64,000 nt of DNA from the human T2T-CHM13v2.0 reference genome, Homo sapiens. The stretch lies in NCBI RefSeq assembly GCF_009914755.1, contig NC_060929.1. One strand, written 5' to 3'. The first letter of the stretch is position 1, and every line of letters begins with the position of its first letter. Below are positions 1 through 13,237 of this stretch, piece after piece. The translations under genes and the position numbers were made by a program. The notes below the pieces were generated by a model. The model had not been told where the DNA came from. It was given only the letters and a program-made list of their open reading frames with translations, and searched no databases.

Positions 1-1799
1 AAAAAGAAAAAGTGGTCCCTCTTACTTACCTAGCTTTGTGAGCTAATGTGGGCTACGATTCACATCTGTCATATTACTGATTTTGGCTTTATATTGAATA
101 TTTTGTTGTTGTTTTCGAATGGATAGCTGACATTTATATACATAGCATCTTATGTGCATAGACTCATTTAATTCCCACAATTCTTACAAGGCTGGACCTA
201 TTGTGATCTTTATTTTGCAAATGAGAGAATAATGATAGAAACAATCTGTCCTAATTTCCAGCTAATAAGTGGTGGAATCAGATTTAAACCCAGGCCGACT
301 GGATGTGGAGTCCAATTACTCCCCGCTCCCTCCTCCCACCTCCCTGTGCTGTGTTGCTGGTAGATGCTGCTTCTTTGAAGACCATGCCATGTGTTTCCAT
401 TTTCTTCATGGGGCTTAACTCAGTGAAGGGCATCAGAGGTGATCAGCAAACATGGGTTGATTCTCTGGTTGTTGACATAGGAATTTGCTTTCCTGTGGAA
501 GGAGCCTGGCCTCTCTGCCCTGGATCTGCCGGACATTGTCTGGCTGAGAGCAGAGGGTGGTTAGAGCTGTGCTCTCTTCAGCGCTATGCTCCTTCTCCTC
601 CACCTTTTCTGCTGCCCGCCCAGGCTTGGGAGGAACAGCTGGTCACCTTCAAGCTGTCTGTGTGTCCTCCCTATGGTTTTGGTCTTTCAGGCTCTGTGAA
701 GGGTGACCGGGTCCTGGAACTCAGTGTGCCCCAGTCACGCTTTACAGTGTGACATGCTTTACAGTGCGACTCCCAAGAGTGGTTATGGGATGAGCCCCAG
801 GGGACCCGCTGATGAACAGCAAAGACGTTGAGGGCTGGCTTGGTGACAGAGGGAACCCTCTAGACAAGTCCTGATTTTTGTTGGAAGACATTTAAAAGTC
901 TCTTCCAGTGCAGAGAGACAAGGCCCCTGTGGGAGCCAAATTCCCTCTCAAACTCATGGTTTTGTTTCCAGGAGAAGAGGTCACTTTCAGCTTTTGTAAC
1001 TTTAATTTGAAATTAAATGTGCCATTGGGACAGAAGCACTCTGTGCTGGGGCTGTCTTCATAACAAGGGTGACAGTGTGAACTCTCATGGCGCTCCACAC
1101 CAGGGCCTAGCCAGGGCGACAGAGTTGTGATTCATGCCATCTGGGGCCTGCCGTGCTGTGAACTCCAGGAGGAAGCTGCGTGACTGAGAGCTTTTGTAGC
1201 TCAGGGGCTGGAGGATGAAATCTGAACCATTTCTGTTCCCTTGCCTTGTTCTCATCTGAGCCCAGGCAGTGGAAGGAGCTGAGGTCTGGGAAACAGTCGA
1301 GCAGGCTGTTTCTGGCAGGCTCGTGCTAGCTTCCCACAGGACCACGGGTCTCTTTCTGCTGTCCCTGTCAGGCTGACCCCAACCCACCCAGTGTCAGGAA
1401 TGTCAGACCTCCTCTCAAATTGAAAGCAACTCCTCAAACATGAATAACCGCAGGCTGAATTGGCCTTTCCCGGAAGATTCGACCTTGGCAGTTTGGGGTT
1501 TTGAATTTGGTGGTTTCTGAAAAGCACACATGCAGCTGCAGAGGAGGGGGTGGGTCTATGGCTGCTCCATGCTGAGCATCCGATCCTGCTGCCCATGTGC
1601 TGTGGCCCGCTCCTGAGCCAAGAAGGAGAATTATTAATAGGCTGTGTCTCTCCAAGAGTTGCTGGAGAGAACTAGCCATGCACTATTCTTCTGGCCTTTG
1701 CTTTAAGTTTCATATATGTTGAATTGTACAAATCTACCTCCCCACCAAATGTCCTTAGAGGGCCAAAGATGGCCTTTGTTTCTTCATGATAACATCGCC

Positions 1800-2098
1800 T
1801 TTCTTTTTTTTTTTTTTGAGACACGGTTTCATTCTGTCACCCAGGCTGGAGTGCAGTTGTGCATTCATGGCTCACCACAGCCTTGAACCCCCAGGCTCAG
1901 GTGATCCTCTCACCTCAGCCTCCCCAGTAGCTGGGACTACAGGGGCACACCATCAAGCCCCGGGTAATTTTTGAAATTTTTATAGAGACAGGATTTTACC
2001 ATGTTTCCCAGGCTGGTCTTGAATTCCTGGGCTCTAGTGATTCCTCTGCCTTGGCCTCCCAAAGTGCTGGGATTACAGGCATGAGCCACCACACCCAG
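1800..2098 (-). mobile_element. Alu (AluJ-like), full length
   Basis: Poly-T followed by reverse-complement Alu (gagacacggtttcattctgtcacccaggctggagtgcag ... gggattacaggcatgagccacc); J-type 'caggctcaggtgatcctctcacctcagcc'. Confidence 0.93.
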
Positions 2099-4727
2099 GT
2101 ACTTGTTAAGCCTGAGAATAGAATTGCTGGCCCTCCTTCTATGTAAGCTCCCAGTCTGTCTGCAGAGGCCAGCCTTAAGGTTACTGTTTCTGCTGCTCAG
2201 ATGGCCCCAAGCAGGGGGACTCCAGGTGTGATATTGGGTACATTGGTCATCCCTCTGCCTCCCACCTGGATGGAAACAGTCTGAGAGCCCTCTCTGTGGC
2301 TTGGTTTTAGGCAGGACCTTAGGACTTGTGGGTGAATTGATGGGGGAGATACACACTTACCTATGTCCTCTTTCCCAGCATGGGACTTGAATGCTGCTAT
2401 TGGTGCACATTTCTGCAGACGTGTCTCTGGCTGTCAGGATGCAGAATGTTGGTAGGTCCAGTGTGGGGGCTGCCAAAGGCGGTGTCATGTGCTCTGTGGA
2501 TTTTTGTGTGATTATAATGGTCCCATTTGAAGTTTTCCTGTTTGTTGCAGTAAAACCTCTCTTCAGTGTCTGTTACCTTTCTCTATATTCTTGGTGAAGG
2601 AGAGAGATAGTAATAAGGGGCCTAAATGAGGTAAGAAGAGCAGATGCTGTTCTCTGCTTCCTCCCTGCCACCAACATTCCTTCTGCCCTGTTTTTCCTGG
2701 CCAGCTGTGCTCTGGGCAGTCCAAGCCTGTGAACCAGCCACACCCAGGATCTGTGGTGGAGCTCAGTCCCAGACTGTTCTGGAAGAGTCGCCCAGAGGAG
2801 CCGTGTGGTCTCCCATTCAGCAACAGAGTACGGGATGGTCTCTCTGAAGGGCAGAGGGTCTGAGCACTGTCCCCTTCATGGCATCTAAGGCTGAAATGCT
2901 GAATGATGCAATGAGAGGATTCTAGGGGAGAAAAGGAGCTGTACATGGGCTTGATTCTTCCCTCCCCAGCTGGTGGACACAGCAGCAGAGGTGGAGCTGG
3001 AGGGCCCTCCACTGACCCACATGCACTCCACTTTGCAGCTGTGCCCTGGGACACACTTATAATCTCAAAGTGTTATGAATTCCAACCACTGGATTCTACC
3101 CTACTTCTGACATAATCTTCTTGGGTTGATAGTAGCCTGTCTCATTACCGAGTATTTCTTCTTATGGGTAGCCCTGGTTAGTCATTTTCTTTTAACTTTT
3201 TGTTTAAAGAAGACCTGTAGATATGAGCTTTTTGTCAGAGATGATCTCTGCAGGCCTGAGTCTAAACTGTTAACCCTCTCTCAGAGAATGAGTGCTGGCT
3301 CTTGAATTTCAGGCGCTTTGACATTTACTGAGGGAAAGAAGGAGAATGGAAGGAGTGAGCATAAAGCGCTGACCTGAGTGGAATGGCGGGTCGACTTGCC
3401 AGAGCCCCGAGATGATTATACTCTCCCAGCTCTAGGACAAGCTGTCCAATTTCCCAAAAACCAATTTGACAATTGTCGAGTGACCAATTTGCTGAATTAG
3501 AAGAATTTACTAATTTACCAAATTGCTTATTTCTTTTATGCATTTCTAAAGACTTGAGCAATTGGCATGGGCTGGGTTGGCAGGGCCTGAAAGGGTTTGG
3601 AGCAATGAGTCAGAAGCAATGGTCTCTGGGAACAACCCTGTAGGTGGCGCCACTCTCTGGACTGAGAGGGGCACTGGGTGGATGGTGGAGAGTTAGGGGA
3701 GGCTTTGCTGCAGAGATCCGAGCCTTGCTGACTCTTCAGTTCTTGTTTTTAAAGCAATCCTTATTTTTGACCACCTTTTTTCCTTAAAAGTCAGTCAGCT
3801 CACCACTTTTGGATTCTTCCTTGACTTCCTGGCCGTACATACTTCCCATCCTCACGCTGCCTCACTTGTTTGGCTCTTCATCTCTCTCCTTCTCCTCCTT
3901 CACCCTGGAGCAACACCGGAGGCCTCTCATGTCCTCCCGTGGAGAAGTGGGAGAACAGCACAGCCCTTGCCTTACTATTTTGTTCTTACGACCCTCAGAC
4001 CTTCAGGGGCTCACTTTCTCCCACAGCACTGTAGCCAAAGAAAGGTTTCTTTCCTAAGAGGGATTATGGTATCAGCTCTTCAAATACCATTAAATTTTTA
4101 TTTTCTACACATAAACACATTCTTATGGTTTTGGAAAATGGAAGCAGTATAAAACCAAAATTTTTTGCAAACTCAGTGTGATAGCCTTCATATATTAGGC
4201 ATTCAATGAATATTTTAGTGATTAACAAATGGGTGGTTTTTAATAATGAACCTCACCCTGTTATAACCAAATACTCGTGTCAGAGAAACTAGCTTGCTTT
4301 TATATCAAGATTATGGCCCTGGATTTTGATAATGCCACAGAAATATTGTCAAATGTTGTTCACTCGGCTCTGCTCTTTCCAAGTTGAGGTGAGCTAAGGG
4401 AGCCAACCAAAGTAAGGTTGGTTTCCTGCTCCTTTTCCCCCCCACTTAACCCTTTGCTTAAAAAGCTCTCCGAGGCCATAAACTACTAGGACACAACTCC
4501 CTATTAATTAGCCATTTATAACTATGTTTCTGTTGATTTTTTGGACCAATCATTAATTTGATAGGGTTATAGGAAGTCCTATGCTCCTGTAACTGAGAAG
4601 ACACTGTCTAAGTGTGGGTCCAGATTGAGGAGGTCCTTTGGGGTCTGTTGCTTCTATCATTGGCCTGACCCACGCTGTCTCTCAAATTCAGACCTCTCAG
4701 AAAAAGGAAGAAAGGCTTCATCCGCAG

Positions 4728-4800
4728 TGGGCATTAAAAAAAATCATAAACATCTATTCATGGTCTTGGAATTGAATCTTAAGGCAAAGCAGGATCTCAG
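4728..4800 (+). other. Candidate non-coding exon
   Basis: tccgcag| acceptor with a weak pyrimidine tract and a strong donor CAG|GTAAGA at 4800/4801. Motif evidence only. Confidence 0.3.
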
Positions 4801-7800
4801 GTAAGATTGACAGATGATGAACTGGCAGCCCACACCCCATTCCTGTTGATATGTTCTACCTCTTTCTATTACTGGGGTGTGATTACTTCAAAGCCAGGAA
4901 GAGCTGCAATCTAATTTTAGAAGAATGCCCTTCTTTTACACGTTGGTGAGTATATATCTTAATATATGATGTATATATCTATATAATTTTAGTAGTTGTA
5001 TAATAAAAATTGGGATAGGTAAACAAAAGAGAGCAGCTGAAAAGTCTACCTATAAAGGCTTCAGGCTAACATAGTTACTTATATTGCTTCTACCACAAAT
5101 CTGTGGGGATGATTTTTATTTGTTGGGAAGGGTTGTCTCTGAATTTCCTGTAAAGTTTGGCATTTTAAATCTTTTTTTTGACTCTTCTCCTGTTAAATAT
5201 ATATCTTGGAAACTTGGCTGTTTCTGTTTCCTGAGCTTCACAGCGAACCAACAAACCAGCAGTAACTGTAATCCACCTCTTAAAATTTAATCCCTTGGGA
5301 CAGTCCATCTCAATGGCAGAATAAGAAACACTCTCCTGGCAGAATAAGGGTGAAGATAAGCCTATTCCTGTACTTATCTGGGAGCACATGTAGGTATGAG
5401 TAACAAGACCAAGAGCTGCCAAGGGTGAAGGAAGATGTAGGAGCCCATGGATTGCATGAGGGAAATATGGATCCTGTGAAGGGCAAGTTGGTTTCTTTGT
5501 GTGGACGACCCAGATAAAGCAATGAAAATGGATAATAAGGACAGTAAGAACAAGTGCCTTCCAAGGCATTAAGGCAAATGAGATTGTAGCATGGATACAG
5601 AAGAGAAAGGAGAGAGAGAAAAAGTAGATGGAAAAGTAAATGACTCAAACCTTCCATTACTGAAAGTTCCAAATGTTTCTTTAATGGCAATCACCAGATT
5701 GTAGGCCTTCATTTTTCACCGGTCAGCATTCCCTCATCTTCTTTCTGTTCATAACAAATGTGAGTTCCTCTTCTGACCACTAGAGGTCTCTAGAGAATCA
5801 CGGATCAACATCTGAAGCCTCATACCCTCTTGCTATCAGCCACTCTAGGAGGTGGAAATGTTTATTTTTCCAACATGAATAGTCAGTCACATAGTCACAA
5901 GAGATCCAAGGCCTGAATCTTAAATTTCTAAAAATTAAAAAATGCATATAGCTGCTTCAGTGGGTAGCTGCCTACTCAACTTCAAGCTGGCACTGACCAT
6001 CATCCCTCAAATATGTCCCTTGCTATTTTGATGGTAGAAATTCTGCTATTACACAGAATAACAGCACTGCTTCTACTAAAAAGGCAAATGCTGTGGAAGC
6101 CTAATTTATACAATCATAATGAGTTATTTATACGATAGTATGAGTGACTCCGTTGGGCCTTTGCCATTGTGATTACGAAGGATGACAGATCAGGGTTGGT
6201 GGGGAGATGAGGAGGGCAATGAAAGAGGAGGTGAAGACAAACTTCATCTACTTCACACCATTGCAGAGGTCTGACCCCAGGTCCTCTTCCAACTTCCTGC
6301 CCCTCAGTAAGTGCTGCGGGTGTGTAACCCAACTCTGGGGTCAAGTGAACAAACTGCCCTCAACTTCCTTAAGGCTTCCTGTTCAAGATGATGACTTCCA
6401 GACTTTACTGGGACACTGATATTATCACCTCTGGAGTCCTTGATGTGACTCTCTTCCTGGTCATATGGACTGTAGCTATTTTGGGCGTGTCCAACATGTT
6501 TGATAGTGCCGGTGATGACAAGTGTACATTTCAACATTCCATTATTTAGAACACGCATGTAATTATTTGTAATGAATCACTGATGACATCTGGAGAACAA
6601 TGAAGTCCTCTTTTAATGTTTGGATGATTAGCTATCGGAAATTTTTACTTTGATGGTCTTTCATTTTTATCTCAAGGATTTTGGATATTAGTTCCTGTTG
6701 CACTCTGATGTACATTAATTTTTCCTACATTTATCTGTCCATCAAACATTTATTGAGAGTCTATTAATTTCCTCTTACACTGAAGGCTCTATAAATATGA
6801 GGATGAATAGGAAGAATAGGGCAGGGTTCTCAAGAAGTTCGTCAGTTGATAGAAGGGCCAGATATGTTGAGGCAGTTACGAAGTGCATGATAAATAGAGA
6901 AGTACGAAGTGCATTGGGACTAGGAAAAAAATAAAGAAATACTTCTAGAAAAATAAAGTCCATTTTCTCAGCTTGTTTGAAAGCCATCATCTGTTGTTGT
7001 TATTATTTTTCATCAGGGGACAGTAGTCTGATAATTCACCTTGATGCCTTTGGTATATTTTTTAATTGCTTTTAGCTCTTTTAAAAGGTGCTTACCACAG
7101 GGTTGAAGGGTAGAGTATATGTAAGGCAATGTGGCTAGAGCCTACTGGTATAACCCATTCCAAAGGAGTGACCTCTTATCTGGTCAAAGGAAGACCAGTG
7201 GCCAGTAGGGTTGCCTGTGTTTTCACAGTGGATATCCTGGAGCTCCTGAAGTTGGTACTACTGGAACACAGAACATTCCCTACTGAAGAGAATGTTATAA
7301 AGTGCATATGTTCTTTCTTTCTGCAATTTTCAAGGATTGTGCACATCTCTCAGTAACCTAGCCTTCTTTTGAAGCCTTGCTTACAAGACAGAAAATTAGG
7401 TGAGTGGCTGAGATTTAGAAGTGCGTATCTACCAAGGGGGAGAGAATAAACTGTCTTTTGAGCAGAGAGGTGGCGCGAAAGCTCACCAACTTCCTGGGTC
7501 CAGTATTCTCAGGAGGCCATCTCTTCTGCTGAGGATGGCTTCCTGCAATGGGCTGTGGGTTTGTTTTATCTCTGACCCAAAATAGCATTTGTATTCAGTT
7601 CTCTCAATGGAGAGAGTGGAGAGAGCAAATTTCATTTCTTCATTATGCAAAAAGACACATGTATTTATAATGAACAACTCCATTTGGCTTTTTACTTTTA
7701 GGTGGGCATAGACTTCAATTGATGCCAGATCCTCCTTTTTCCTTGGAGAATCATGCTTGTACTTTCTTAAATTACATTTATCTACCCTTCTGCATTTTCT

Positions 7801-7968
7801 TTACTCTGATATTCTTTTTGGAAACTTTTTTTTTTTTCAAACCTCCAAACCACAAAGTGAAACAACAGGGAACATGTTCTTACAACTGGGAAGTCAACAT
7901 GACAGACATGTTTGGATGTCTGTTATATAGCTTGCTGTAGACCCATCTATTAATAAATAACTGAACGT

Positions 7969-8239
7969 GGCCGGGCGCGGTGGCTCACGCCTGTAATCCC
8001 AGCACTTTGGGAGGCTGAGTCGGGTGGATCATGAGGTCAAGAGATCGAGACCCTTCTGGACAACATGGTGAAACCCCGTCTCTACTAAAAATACAAAAAT
8101 TAGCTGGGCATGGTGGTGCGTGCCTGGTTCAAGAGATTCTTGAACCAGGGAGTTGGAGGTTGCAGTGAGCTGAGATCGTGCCACTGCACTCCAGTCTGGT
8201 GACAGAGCGAGAGACTGTCTCAAAAAAAAAAAAAAAAAA
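7969..8239 (+). mobile_element. Alu (AluSc-like) with internal deletion and inverted duplication
   Basis: ggccgggcgcggtggctcacgcctgtaatcccagc start, A tail, imperfect TSD (aa(c/t)tgaacgt on both sides); right arm lacks the taatcccagctactcgggaggctgaggcagg segment. Confidence 0.95.
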
Positions 8240-10719
8240 TTGAACGTATATGAAGACTATAAGTAGGAAACTTACCCACCAAGAATTAAAAAAGAATGAA
8301 AAGGCTTTCTGAATCCAAGCTTTAACTTATTTTCAAAGCACTAATGTAGGCCAGTGGACATTTGTCACATGCAAGATGTATTAGGCATTGTGAGACCAGA
8401 TTATGGAGAATGTGGGAAGCTAAGACTGACAGTTGCCAGGTTAGCATCTTCATGTTCCCTGAACAGAGGAAGAGATGTTGAGGTTGTCATGACATCACTC
8501 ACAGAAGGCTCTTGCATCACTTTCCTCGTCTCCCTTTCATTACTAGTAAGACTTAGAATCCCAGAGGCCTTTGGTTTGCTTTTCTGCTTCTATGCTTCAG
8601 GGGACCTGGTACCGTGTAGTCATTAAATGAATGCCCAATAAGGCCCAAAGCCTGGAATCATATTTGCATCCTGTTGACATATATTTACATAGGTTGCTAT
8701 CATTATCTGTTTTTGATCACCCTAAAGGGGCTTTGGAAACACAAGTATTATACATCATAATTTTTGAGGAACAATATCTTTCTTTGATGGCTTTGAATTT
8801 GGAGGTCTTAGAACCAACTTGTTATGGGTGAAAATTGCAAAACCTAGGTGTGGGGTTGGGGGGAAGTTGGAGAACAGAACAATGCTATTGACAACTTGAT
8901 ATTCCAAGAGCAGAGAAAGCTATTTCAGGATATGTTTTCTCGTTTTGGACATCAAATGCCTATCCAAGTTCTGGAAAATGTGGCTCAAGGGTTGCATGGG
9001 TCCTGGGCAGCTCTTGATCTGAAGTCCCTCATCCTGGCCTTTGATCTCCCACTCCTTTACTGTTGCCAGGATGGAGGGTGATGGAGTTGAGTTCACATCA
9101 GCATTTGAAGTAATGCGGTCCTCATACTGTCTTCTGCTCGAGTTTACTCAGGTTCATTACAGGGGTGGGGTTAGAGGGCCATTTGTCTTGGGCCTCAGAT
9201 TGAAGAAGGGCCTCAAAGCTGAACTTTAAAATCTTTCTCCAAAACATGGTGTGCATATGGTTATTAAAATTATTATTGGGACAAAAACATTTATTTGCTA
9301 AATGTAAATGTATGAAAAATACCATAATTTTTGTAGCAGTATTTTAACACATTTTAAAAAATATATTAGAAGTGTCCAAATGTGGAATTGGCTCAGATGT
9401 CTCAGCTTCTGAGAAGCTCAGAATTTACCACCAAACAGCAGCCAACGTATGAGGTCCCTTGGGCTTTCGTCCCATGCCAAATGACCCAGCTGATAGAGCC
9501 TAAGAACAGATTAGATTCCCTACAGATCCTGATCTTTGAGTATGTACTTCAAAGTGGGGTTTTTAACATCAGTTTTTAAACTTTGCTCTGCATGCTTGTA
9601 GGACACTAGCATATTTTGACTTATAAGAATTAATATTTTACCCATTGAAAAAGTACCCCTACTGGACCACATTTTTAACTATTTAAATTGGGAGAAAAAA
9701 GCTGAAATACCCAGAGTTCATGGAGAAAAAAGTGAAATAGGATCTGCCAATATCTGTCAGTACTCCATAGGAACAAAGCAGTGGAAATGAAACTCAGTGT
9801 TTGGGCTGTGCATGTGTGCGTGTGTGTATGTGTGTCTTTGTGCAGTTGGCAGATCAACCCTAAACAGGCCTCGTGTGGCTGAGGCTCATGCATTCACAAA
9901 TCCAGGTGGTGGCCTCCATTTGCAAAAAAATTTCTTTGTTTTGCCATTCTCTGGGCAGAAAGTACTGCCAATAATATATGAGTAATATCTGGGGCTCATT
10001 TCCATTTGGATGTGGAGACTTAGGTCTCTAAAACTTTCCAAAAAAAATGTCCGATTGGGCCAGTAGGGAAAGCCATGATGCAACCTTAGTGGACTCATTT
10101 ATGCTTTGATTGCCATTTCCTGTAGATATCCATGTTTATACATTACGAGGCATAATGTGCTTCATCTTATTATGTGCTATTATTTTAATTTTTCCAATGA
10201 TAAAATAATGCATGCTTTTTTGTAGAAAATTTGGAGAAATGTATCCTATATAGAAGCTTAAAGGAAGTATGTATAATCTCAGCAAGCAGTGTTATCTCAT
10301 GCTGACTTAATTCTAAAAGAAATTTTGGTAATTTTTGTTAATTCTTTGTTAATTCTATGCAAATCATTCCATTGAAAATAATAATGACAGAAACATCAGA
10401 GTTTTAGGTTTGATCATCAAAACCTGTTTACTGTGAACCTAAAATACAACAGGGACCTGTTGGGATGCATCTAAATTCCAAAGGTCATGTGGATACGTCC
10501 TCAAATCTTTTGTTTCTGTTTTAAAATGACAGTGATGGTAAATATTTATGGTTGACTGTGTATCATTGCCCTACATTTTTTATGTGAACCAACTATTTTA
10601 ATAATTACAAGAATCTTAAAGGAAAGTGCCATTGGTAGAGTCCCATTTTACAGATGGAAAAATTGAGATGAAAAAGATTAAGTAACTTGGCCAAGGTTAC
10701 AGGCAACTATGCAGTAGAG

Positions 10720-11290
10720 ATGAGTCAGCCCGTCTTCCAGAAACCCTGAGCATCTTCCCTTCTAAACTTGAAAGTGTTTAGTTTCTTCAACTAAGGGCAT
10801 AACCGGGTCAGTCAGGATGTATTTGACCACATGAAAGGGCAGCAAAACACATCTCTTTGCTTTGATTTCTGTAGAAACATGTCCCCTGTGTTAAGTGGTG
10901 ACAAGCCTCGTGGGGGTTTTGCTCAGGCGACAGGCTGGAAATGCATGTGTGGCAGGCGGGCTTGTGAGATCACATCCGAAGCTGGCTGGACTCAGTTCAG
11001 TCCTTTGGAGTGTTGATTCAGATGACGGGGGGAAGAGGCGAACCCCTCTTCTTTGGCTTAGAAGATTACGGATCTGTAACTTCAAAAGCTGTTTGCAATT
11101 TTATATTCACGTCTCGCTGCCAAGGTGCTTGTCTTATCTGCACTCTGTTGGCTGGGGCCCTTGTGAGTAAGCTGGGCGGTTTCCTCCTGCATTTGGAAGG
11201 AAGTTGCAGGGTCAAAAAGGGGGGTGGGTGGTGGAGAGGTGAGTGTGGCTGAGAGGATGACACCAGCGGAAACAAGGGAAATAGTCTGGG
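10720..11290 (+). promoter_or_regulatory. Enhancer or alternative-promoter-like region
   Basis: TGAGTCAGC (AP-1/ARE) at 10721, GC-box-like GGGCGG, ETS-like GGAAG/CGGAA cores, locally retained CpGs, downstream GTGAGT donors. Confidence 0.4.
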
Positions 11291-11599
11291 AGGAGGGCCA
11301 GACGAGCAGGGTGTGTCAGAGTGAACTCAGGGAGAGGAGAGGAAAGGCCCTTTCCTAGTCTGTGCTGATCTGGGAGGACACACCATCTAAACAGGAAGAG
11401 CACAGAACAGAGATTCATCAGACAGACCTGCTTGGGGTTCTTGCTTGCTGGTTTTAAGGCTTTGTGACCTTGGTCAATTTACTAAACCTCTTTGGCCCAC
11501 CTTCCCCTTCTGTACTGTTTGCTGTATGGTCTGTTTTTTGCTAAGCTCAGGTGGTAATGTTGCCCTCAATACTCCATGCCCAGCTTGTTACAGAAGGAA

Positions 11600-11830
11600 G
11601 AATGCTGGTCTAGGAGACAGGAGATCTGGGTGGATTTTCTGTCCTTACTCTTCATCAGCGATCTGACCCTGGGCAAGATTAAGAACTAATGTGACCCCCA
11701 GTTTCTTAATCTGTCAAGTGGGTATAATAATACATACCCTTTTAACTTCACAAGGTTTCTGGGATGCTCAAAGAAGATCAGGTGTTTGAAAAGATTTTGT
11801 AAACCTAAAAGGATTATACGTTGAGCTGTT
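11600..11830 (+). mobile_element. MIR SINE
   Basis: MIR core-like 'tgaccctgggcaagatt...cagtttcttaatctgtcaagtgggtataataatac'. Confidence 0.6.
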
Positions 11831-13201
11831 CTAGATGCTGGGTGAAATGTGCGACTGAACACACAGTACTGGTGGACTGCTGGGTTCTCACTCAGGGATG
11901 GCAGAAAGGTTTCAATTTGTGAGCCAGCCACTCTCATTGACTGGGAGTGGCTGCCTGGACCTCCTGAGCTTTGGCTGCGTTCTGAGGGAAAGAGTGCTCA
12001 TGTTGATTATTAATGTCTGTCATGGACAAAGGGGTAGGAGAAGTGGTTCTTGGATTGTGTGTTTGCTCTTTCTGTTCCCGCCTAGTGATTTCTAAATTCG
12101 GTTGCTCATTTAGATTCTCCTGGTTAAAATGCCCCATCAGGCAGATTTCCCATTTCATAGGCCTGGATGTGACCTGGGGTGAAGGCAAGGAATCTTCATT
12201 TTTTAAATAAAGCTTTCCTTGCTGGTTATTTTGATAGTTGTGCAGGTGTGGAGAGGTGGAGCAGGCATCGAGTCACATGGGAGCTCCGGGTGAGTCTCAT
12301 GGAGCTCTGAGCATTGGAAGAATGGAGCACAGAAGAGTTAAGCAACTTTTCTAGACATGGTCGTAAGTTTGAAAAATGTAGATCAGGCCTGTGGTTTCTA
12401 GTAGGTTGCCTAACTCTTTCTTCATTAAACAAATGGGTTGTATTGTCTGTTATGATGATTCTCCCACTGGCTTCAGGCCTGATTATTTTTCCTTGTGGTT
12501 CAGACAGCTGCTCCAAAAGAGTCAGATGCTGAGATCCATTGTCCACCCTGGCTCCTGCTCTGAATTGACATCAGTTTGCAACTAGTAGTTTCATAAATCA
12601 AGAAAAAGAAGAAAGGTAAATTAATGACTGTGTTAACTAGAGGGGCTCTGAATTTCTGCTTTACATGTACTCATTTTGAATTTCACTTTTATTATAATGA
12701 ACTTGCAAACACAGCATTGCAATAGTATATGCACCTCCCAAAGATGCTGGGAAATAGCTGATATTTCATCATTTGAGGACAGTTTGTGCCTGCAAGTGGC
12801 AGAGGTGCAGGAGGAGACAAATAAAAGGGATGCCTACATCCTATTTCCATGAATTTCTGTCCTCTGAGCTGAAAGACAATTTACAAGTTGGCTGATAAGA
12901 CCTTGAAGAAAGAAGATATTTTAAAACTTTAATTGAAAATCCCCATTCCTTCTCATTGAAGAAGCAAAAGAAGAAACTATAATGATGGACACTCTGGTGC
13001 TAGTATCAGTCATTTTGATCACAAGACGTGGACCAGCCCACCTTGGAGCTCACTGTGGTGGTGGCCTGGTCCTAATGCAAGTCCTAATGGAGCTCTTGGA
13101 ACTGGCTGTAGCCTTTGCTGAGCAGGAGCAACTATGTCTCTGGTTCTTAAGGATTGAAAAGGTAAGGTTGCAGTTCTGGATGCTGGCATTACTTCAGGGC
13201 A

Positions 13202-13237
13202 ACACACACACACACATACACACACACACACACACAC
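13202..13237. repeat. (CA)n microsatellite
   Basis: Seen directly, one TA interruption. Confidence 0.95.

Noticed and set aside
739-769. Short tandem duplication gctttacagtg(t/c)gac (similar short pairs near 6877, 10333 and 16080)
   Set aside because: Ordinary slippage-type micro-duplications with no further structure.
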